From an uncultured SAR86 cluster bacterium (GTDB lineage Bacteria > Pseudomonadota > Gammaproteobacteria > Magnimaribacterales > D2472), in the NCBI GenBank assembly GCA_902596165.1, contig CACJSU010000002.1:23245-87244 (forward strand): a DNA stretch of 64,000 bases, given 5' to 3'. Of the stretch, positions 57,943-64,000 are shown piece by piece (positions within the stretch are counted from its first letter, which is position 1; the number at the start of each line of letters is the position of its first letter). The notes under the pieces are model-generated. The model was not told where the DNA came from. It saw only the letters and a list, made by a program, of their open reading frames with translations, and searched no databases. Both the position numbers and the translations under genes were made by a program.

Positions 57943-60011
57943 CAGGTTATAGGAACTTCTATCAATAAATTATTAAATTTATCAACTTTTAAAAAATGAT
58001 TAGTATGTAAAATTGTTGTAGTGTCAGGCTGTTCGATTATAGCTGGACCTTTTAATTCAAAACCCCTAGATAAATCAGCTCTTTTATATATTGGCACTTT
58101 TTTGAAACCAAGTTTTTTTGAAAAACAAACATCCCTTAAAGTTTTATTAACAACCTTAGATTTTTTTGATTTTTTTGATTTTTCTAAAATGGAACTCTCT
58201 TGAGATAATTTTTGATGAACAGTTCTCAATGTTACAAATTCAACATCAGCAGATTTATCGCTGTAACTATAGGTATTTTGATGAATTTCATGAAATAAAG
58301 ATTGCGCTTTTGTTATTAAATTTTTATTAATTTCACCTGTAACTGGAACTTCTATTTCATGTGACTGCCCAATGTATCTCATTTCTACAAAATAATTTTT
58401 TGTTACATCTTTTTTTAAAACTCTATCTTCCCTCATGCGATCAAAGCACTCTTTATCCAAGGAAGAAAAAATACTTTTAATGTCTTTCCAAGAGCTATCG
58501 AGGGTATTTTTTTCGTAACTTGCCATTGATTCATGTTGAATAGGGGCAAGCATTAAACCCAAAGCCGAGAGAACTCCGGGAGTTGGAGGAATTAAAATTT
58601 GTTTTATCGATGATATCTCTGCTAGTTTTCCACTGTGTATTGGGCCTGCGCCACCAAATGGCATCAAAGCAAACTCTCTTGGATCATGCCCTTGCTTTAT
58701 GGATACTAACCTTAGTGTTTGCGCCATATTTGAATTGACTATCTCATGAATACCCAAGGCAGCCTCAATTAAAGAAATGCCCAGTGGTTTACATATTTTA
58801 TTTCTAATAGCTGCTTTGCTTTTCTCAATATCAATATCTAATGAACCTGCAAAAGTATCTTTATTCAGATAACCCAAAACAAAACTTGCATCAGTGACAG
58901 TTGGATTTTCTCCGCCTTGAGAATAGCATGCAGGCCCCGGAAAAGCTCCTGCACTTTCTGGGCCAACTTTTAAAGCACCACCTGCATCGACATATGCAAT
59001 ACTGCTTCCTCCTGCGCCTATAGTTCTTACGTCAATCATAGGAATATTAAGAGGATATTCTTCAAAAGCTCCATCATTTGTAATAATGGCTTGCCCATCT
59101 TTGATCAATGCAACATCAGTACTAGTTCCCCCCATGTCTAAACTAATGCAGTCAGGATACCCAGCATTTAGCCCAACATTTGCCGCTCCTATGACCCCTG
59201 CAGCCAAACCAGATAAAGCCGTTCCAACTGGTTTTTTGCATATGTTTGTAATTCCGCTAACTCCTCCATTAGATTGCATAACATGAAAAGAACAATTAGC
59301 TCCGACTTGTTCAAGAGATGATTCTAAATTATTAAGGTAATTAGTTACGATAGGTTTTACATATCCATCAAAGCCACTTACGACTAGTCTTTTATATTCT
59401 CTCTTTCTAGGTAAAATTTCACTTGAAATTGTTATAGGTATATCTGGATATACTTTTTGAAGATAATCTTTTGCCTGCCTTTCATGCTCAGGGTTAGCAT
59501 ACGAATGAAGGAAACAAATAACAAATACTTCACATTTTTCTTTTTTAACCAAAAATTTTGCTTTTGCTTTTAAATTCTCTATATCAAGCTTTCTAATAAC
59601 ATTACCTTGAAAATCCATTCTTTCATTCACTCCAATACATCTTCTTCTTGGAGCAAGAAATAATGGCTCAACTGGATCCATATTCAAGTCATACATTTTT
59701 GGTCGCCAACCATAGCCAATTTGAAGGATATCGCTGACTCCCTCAGTAAGCAACATACCTACTCTTGCACCTGATTCAGTTATAATTGTGTTAGTAGCAA
59801 CAGTTGTTCCATGAATGATTCTTTGGATATCTGCAGTTTCTTTTGATCCAAGCTTAAGTGTTTGATGAACACCATTCATAAAGCCATCGCTAAAATTTGG
59901 AGGTGTTGATGGTACTTTATTTACAATCCAATTATTGGAATCTAAATCTTTTATAAAGATATCTGTAAAAGTTCCGCCAATATCAATACCAATTTCAATT
60001 TTATTAGACAT
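57942..60011 (-). CDS. Hydantoinase A/oxoprolinase family ATP-binding subunit
   Basis: GIDIGGTFTD, HGTTVATN, DMGGTSTD, GAGGSS, GPESAGAFPGPACY, FGGAG. Confidence 0.93.
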   Translation of the reverse strand: MSNKIEIGIDIGGTFTDIFIKDLDSNNWIVNKVPSTPPNFSDGFMNGVHQTLKLGSKETADIQRIIHGTTVATNTIITESGARVGMLLTEGVSDILQIGYGWRPKMYDLNMDPVEPLFLAPRRRCIGVNERMDFQGNVIRKLDIENLKAKAKFLVKKEKCEVFVICFLHSYANPEHERQAKDYLQKVYPDIPITISSEILPRKREYKRLVVSGFDGYVKPIVTNYLNNLESSLEQVGANCSFHVMQSNGGVSGITNICKKPVGTALSGLAAGVIGAANVGLNAGYPDCISLDMGGTSTDVALIKDGQAIITNDGAFEEYPLNIPMIDVRTIGAGGSSIAYVDAGGALKVGPESAGAFPGPACYSQGGENPTVTDASFVLGYLNKDTFAGSLDIDIEKSKAAIRNKICKPLGISLIEAALGIHEIVNSNMAQTLRLVSIKQGHDPREFALMPFGGAGPIHSGKLAEISSIKQILIPPTPGVLSALGLMLAPIQHESMASYEKNTLDSSWKDIKSIFSSLDKECFDRMREDRVLKKDVTKNYFVEMRYIGQSHEIEVPVTGEINKNLITKAQSLFHEIHQNTYSYSDKSADVEFVTLRTVHQKLSQESSILEKSKKSKKSKVVNKTLRDVCFSKKLGFKKVPIYKRADLSRGFELKGPAIIEQPDTTTILHTNHFLKVDKFNNLLIEVPIT

Positions 60012-60061
60012 AAATAAATTGTTTATTTGTAAATCTATTATTAATGTTAACTGCTAAAAAC

Positions 60062-60134
60062 ATGGGCCTCAATAAATATATATATCTTAATTATCTAAGG
60101 GAAATCGAGACCCATCGATATTGTTATCTCCTTT
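60062..60134 (-). promoter_or_regulatory. Putative structured leader of the hydantoinase operon (hairpin plus RBS and micro-ORF)
   Basis: Minus strand AAAGGAG, then ATGGGTCTCGAT..ATTGAGGCCCAT 12-bp stem with two G-U pairs. Confidence 0.4.
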
Positions 60135-60257
60135 ATAATAACTTTTATTATAGAACTTACAATCATTTTTACCTAAAAAGTGCTTTAAAAAAGTCATGTT
60201 GTTACTTGTGTTATTAAATTTAACTTAATATATTTAAATAACTCGATTGATTTAATA

Positions 60258-60803
60258 ATGAAAGAAAATAAGCTAAACACTCCTCACTCTAAGAGAATAA
60301 TAAAGATAGGATCAAAAATACCTACAAATATATTTAAGGTTTTATCTGACTCAGGCGAGATACAAGAATCGATTCTATCTGATGATATTTTTAAAGATAA
60401 AAAAATTGTTTTATTTTCAGTCCCTGGAGCATTCACCCCAAAAAGCACTAATGTTCAAATTCCAGGATATTTAAATTTAGCAGAAAAAATTTTTGAACAA
60501 GGGATTGATGAGATTATCTGTGTATCCGTAAATGATGCATTTGTCATGGATGCCTGGGCGGAACATTGTAAAGCAAAAGGAAAAATTACAATGCTAGCTG
60601 ATGCTCATTGTCATTTTTTTAATTCCGTAGGTTTAGAAATGGATTGTACGAGATTTAATCTTGGATTTAGATGTGAAAGATTTTCAATGATTATTTTTGA
60701 TGGGATTCTCAAAGATCTCAATATAGAAATTGCTGGGGGTCCCGTCGATGCTTCGTCTGCAAACCAGATTCTTAAAAATTTAACAAAAAATACATATGAA
60801 TAA
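60258..60803 (+). CDS. Peroxiredoxin-5-like protein lacking the peroxidatic Cys
   Basis: KKIVLFSVPGAFTPKS (canonical PGAFTPxC), CVSVNDAFVMDAW, MLAD. Confidence 0.82.
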   Translation: MKENKLNTPHSKRIIKIGSKIPTNIFKVLSDSGEIQESILSDDIFKDKKIVLFSVPGAFTPKSTNVQIPGYLNLAEKIFEQGIDEIICVSVNDAFVMDAWAEHCKAKGKITMLADAHCHFFNSVGLEMDCTRFNLGFRCERFSMIIFDGILKDLNIEIAGGPVDASSANQILKNLTKNTYE

Positions 60804-61218
60804 AACTGAAGAAAGAAATATTAAGTTGATTAATAAATGGTTAAATGCGTGGACATTACCAGGTGGCTCTCTTCAAGAAATGTTGAAATGCTATTCAGAC
60901 AATAATGACCTTGAAGTCTATGCGCCTATTCAAGATCATTACGTTGTTAAAAAAGGTGGCAGTAGGGAATTTTGGAATAAGGGCGAGGGTAAAATTGAAA
61001 ATATTACAAAATCAAGAAAAATGAACTTATCAAACATTGTTGCCTCTGGTAATAAAGTTTCAATTGAAGGTCAAATTGATAGTGAGTCTATTGATGGTGA
61101 AAAAAAATCTTGGAATTTTGCTGTATTCTTTGAAATAGATGAATCAACAGGTTTAATTACTAGCGATCACAGCTACATGCCTGATACACCCGGTATGAAA
61201 GTTTTAAAACCTGAATAA
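60796..61218 (+). CDS. NTF2/SnoaL-like protein
   Basis: IVASGNKVSIEG..FAVFFEID..GLITSDHSY; overlaps upstream gene. Confidence 0.65.
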   Translation: MNKTEERNIKLINKWLNAWTLPGGSLQEMLKCYSDNNDLEVYAPIQDHYVVKKGGSREFWNKGEGKIENITKSRKMNLSNIVASGNKVSIEGQIDSESIDGEKKSWNFAVFFEIDESTGLITSDHSYMPDTPGMKVLKPE

Positions 61219-61229
61219 TAAAACTTAAA

Positions 61230-62111
61230 ATGAAAGAAATAATTAAGGAATTTCCACCTGGTCCCGATAAATCCCTAAAAAGAAAATATATTTCTCCTGA
61301 ACCGCTATCTATATCAAAATCTATACGCAATTCTGCTGAAAAACTAGGCTTATATGATCATTTAATTTTTTTAAGAAATGAAGGATATTGCATAATCGAG
61401 AATGTTTTTAAGGATAGATTTGTTGCTGAGATAAGAAAAAAGATAATCTCTTTAGCTGAAGAGTCAGAGGGAGATTTTAAAGGACTTTCTGCGGCAATGC
61501 TACTTGGAAGGGATCCTATATTTGAAGAAGTTGTAACAAACTCAAAATTGCTTAATATTGTCGAATTTGCTGTTGGTAAAGGGGCATTACTTTCTCAATT
61601 GCTTGGGGGTATAAGACCGCAAGGAGGTGGCAACTTTGACATTCACATTGATTCAGCTTGGACCCCTGCTCCTTTGCCTGATTATCCCTTAATGATAACA
61701 GCATGTATGCCCTGTGAAGATTTTACGCTTAAAGCAGGCCCAACAAAAGTAATACCAAAAAGCCATCTTTACAAGAGACAACCATATAAAGATGAGGTAA
61801 AAAGTGAAGATGGAGCTATACCAATTTTGTGCAAAAAAGGATCATTGGTATTTTGGTTGGGGTCAACATGGCATGGAAATTACCCAAGACTCAAAAAAGG
61901 TAAGCGAGTAGTCTTACATATTTCATTTTCTAGACTAATGATGCGACCAATTGAAAATTATGATCACTTAAATGATTCTTGGCTTAAAGGAAAGCCTAAA
62001 AGTATTAAAACTATGCTTGGCAGGGATGATTTTTTGGGAACTTCAACTAAATTTAGTGGCGGAACCGATAGAAGCAAGACAATTAAAACATTCAATAGAT
62101 CTCATTCCTAA
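61230..62111 (+). CDS. PhyH-family Fe(II)/2-oxoglutarate dioxygenase
   Basis: HID (HxD), GPTKVIPKSH, WHG, distal Arg. Confidence 0.87.
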   Translation: MKEIIKEFPPGPDKSLKRKYISPEPLSISKSIRNSAEKLGLYDHLIFLRNEGYCIIENVFKDRFVAEIRKKIISLAEESEGDFKGLSAAMLLGRDPIFEEVVTNSKLLNIVEFAVGKGALLSQLLGGIRPQGGGNFDIHIDSAWTPAPLPDYPLMITACMPCEDFTLKAGPTKVIPKSHLYKRQPYKDEVKSEDGAIPILCKKGSLVFWLGSTWHGNYPRLKKGKRVVLHISFSRLMMRPIENYDHLNDSWLKGKPKSIKTMLGRDDFLGTSTKFSGGTDRSKTIKTFNRSHS

Positions 62112-62116
62112 AAATA

Positions 62117-63442
62117 ATGGAAATTTCTCCACAAAATAATATAGATTTAAAGTATTCCTGGTATTTTCTTTCGATTATGACGCTGTCATTTGCTGTTTCA
62201 TTTATTGATCGACAAGTAATGACCTTGCTAATAGAGCCAATAAAATCTGATTTATTAATCAATGATACTCAAGTAAGTTTATTGATTGGATTTGCATTCT
62301 CAATCTTCTACATATCGATGGCTATACCAATTGCTAGACTTGTAGATAGAGGAAATAGAGTAAACATAATATCATTGGGAGTTTTTTTTTGGAGTCTTAT
62401 GACAGCAGTTTGCGGGCTGGCAAAAAACTATTGGCAGCTATTTTTAGCTAGAGTTGGGGTTGGAGTTGGTGAGGCTACCTTAACACCAGCTGTATACTCA
62501 TTGATTCCAGACTATTTTCCAAAAGAAAAATTAGGAACTGCGGTTGGTTTTTATATGTTGGGTATGTCTTTTGGGACTGGTTTTGCTTTAGTTCTTGGAG
62601 GCGCAATCTTAAGTTATGTATCGAATATTGGAGATATTGTTTTTCCTATAGTGGGTACTTTGAGACCATGGCAAGTCACGTTTGTAATAGTTGGTTTGCC
62701 AGGAATATTTTTAGCGTTATTAATCAAGCTATCGATAAAAGAACCTGTTAGAAGAAATATCTTTGACAATGACAGCAGCTCAATTGATAAAACCTCTCTA
62801 ATTTCTTTTCTTGATAACAATAAAAAAACTCTTTCTCTAATTACTCTTGCATATTCATTTGGTGGTATGGTTTTTTATGGTTTTTTAACTTGGATCCCTG
62901 AACACTTAAGACGTGCTTTTGACTGGGATATTAGTAATGCAGGATATGTTTTTGGATTAATGTTAGCTATTTTCGGATCCTTTGGAGCTGTTTTAGGCGG
63001 AAAGTTTCATGATTATATGTTTAGCAAAGGTTATAAAGATGCTCCCATAAGATGTGCTTTAATAGTCTTCTCATTGTTATTTCCTATTATGGCAATCACC
63101 CCACTTATATCTAACTCAACATTCGCTGTAGTTATGCTTGGAATTTTTTCTTTTACAATGTTTCTCCAGCAAGCAATGTCACCTGTTGCAATTCAAATGA
63201 TAGCTCCGAATCATATAAGAGCACAGGTAGTTGCAATTTTCTTTTTTATTGCCAGCTTCTGCTCAATTGGAATTGGGCCTAGCATTGTTGCTATTTTTAC
63301 AGATTACATTTTTAAAGATGAAAGCTTATTATATTATTCAATCTCAACAGTTTCAGCGATTTTTCTTCCCATTTGTTTAGTGGCCCTATACCTTTGTTTG
63401 AAACCCTATAAAAATAGTGTTTTAAGGGCAAATACAAGATAA
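62117..63442 (+). CDS. Spinster-like MFS transporter
   Basis: SFIDRQ..LIEPIKSDL, ARVGVGVGEA, DYFPKEK, WQVTFVIVGLPG, KEPVRR. Confidence 0.88.
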   Translation: MEISPQNNIDLKYSWYFLSIMTLSFAVSFIDRQVMTLLIEPIKSDLLINDTQVSLLIGFAFSIFYISMAIPIARLVDRGNRVNIISLGVFFWSLMTAVCGLAKNYWQLFLARVGVGVGEATLTPAVYSLIPDYFPKEKLGTAVGFYMLGMSFGTGFALVLGGAILSYVSNIGDIVFPIVGTLRPWQVTFVIVGLPGIFLALLIKLSIKEPVRRNIFDNDSSSIDKTSLISFLDNNKKTLSLITLAYSFGGMVFYGFLTWIPEHLRRAFDWDISNAGYVFGLMLAIFGSFGAVLGGKFHDYMFSKGYKDAPIRCALIVFSLLFPIMAITPLISNSTFAVVMLGIFSFTMFLQQAMSPVAIQMIAPNHIRAQVVAIFFFIASFCSIGIGPSIVAIFTDYIFKDESLLYYSISTVSAIFLPICLVALYLCLKPYKNSVLRANTR

Positions 63443-63535
63443 GTTTATTCCTTGCATAACTGTATCTAAAACTTGCACAATTAGACCTTGATATGCTAAA
63501 TTTATTGGAAACCTAAAATTTACTCAGGGGGAGAC

Positions 63536-64000
63536 ATGAGAAGAATTTTTCTTAGTTATTTAATTGCATTGCCTATAGCTTTTATAGGTTTCAGTTCAAT
63601 AGAAACCAATGCGCAAGAAATAGAAGAAGTAGTAGTTTCAGCAACTAAAAGAGATGAAAGTCTTCAGGATGTAAACATTGCTGTTAATGCTTTTACTGGC
63701 CAAGATTTAGATCAACTTGGTTGGGAAGATATTACAAACATAGCAAACCAAGCACCAAACGTAGATGTTAAATACGCATGGGGTAATTCAATGCCTATTT
63801 ACACTATTAGAGGAGTTGGAATGAATAGTTTCCAAGCTAGTGATACTGCAAGCGTTGGATTATTCATTGATGAAGTTTTTCAAACTTCCATTGTCAGTAT
63901 GGGCGCTCAACTATATGACATGGAAAGAGTTGAAGTTTTAAAAGGCCCGCAAAGTGCGTTATTCGGAAGAAACACTAATGGTGGTGCTGTAAATTATTTC
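63536..64000 (+). CDS. TonB-dependent receptor, N-terminal part (truncated by window edge)
   Basis: GGGGGAG RBS; signal peptide, AQEIEEVVVSATKR (TonB box), plug motif ERVEVLKGPQSALFGRNTNGGAVN. Confidence 0.93.
   Translation, partial: MRRIFLSYLIALPIAFIGFSSIETNAQEIEEVVVSATKRDESLQDVNIAVNAFTGQDLDQLGWEDITNIANQAPNVDVKYAWGNSMPIYTIRGVGMNSFQASDTASVGLFIDEVFQTSIVSMGAQLYDMERVEVLKGPQSALFGRNTNGGAVNYF

Noticed and set aside
689-62820. Many short antisense or nested ORFs in the track (e.g. 689-985, 6200-6547, 27794-28105, 33940-34287, 35436-35855, 45275-45601)
   Set aside because: They lie opposite or within well-supported genes and show no recognisable motifs
1-64000. tRNA, rRNA, IS elements, prophage or defence systems
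   Set aside because: No such motifs recognised by eye; nearly all sequence is accounted for by metabolic or signalling CDS

Overview
AT-rich, tightly packed bacterial DNA with gammaproteobacterial housekeeping synteny (rluC/rne, mrp/metG, rnt, grxD, pdxJ). This fits a streamlined marine lineage such as SAR86, which is inferred, not proven. Layout: 1-15 kb is core housekeeping. 15-36 kb is a steroid/lipid catabolism neighbourhood (KSI-, BaiE-, SDR- and KstD-like genes, an Rv3529c-3531c-like trio and a KshA/Neverland-like Rieske oxygenase) that surrounds a complete coenzyme F420 operon (npdG-cofE-cofD-cofC-fbiC). 38-45 kb is a signalling block: a secreted mini-TonB, a hybrid histidine kinase, a single-domain receiver, a HisKA-REC-GGDEF cyclase and an EAL phosphodiesterase. 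45-64 kb is an accessory catabolic island with a carotenoid oxygenase, CoA ligase, two thiolases, an OYE, a hydantoinase/oxoprolinase pair, PhyH, a spinster-type MFS and a TonB-dependent receptor. Features missed or mis-started by the ORF track: rluC, a rubredoxin, the terminal TBDR, a Fur box, and N-terminal extensions of metG and cofE that have no in-frame ATG/GTG/TTG and appear to need ATT starts. Other notable sequence signals: RNase E lacks its Zn-link, a peroxiredoxin lacks its peroxidatic Cys, the steroid and F420 promoters share motifs, and a structured leader precedes the hydantoinase operon. No rRNA, tRNA, CRISPR or mobile element was recognised. All homology calls are from recalled motifs; no searches were run.
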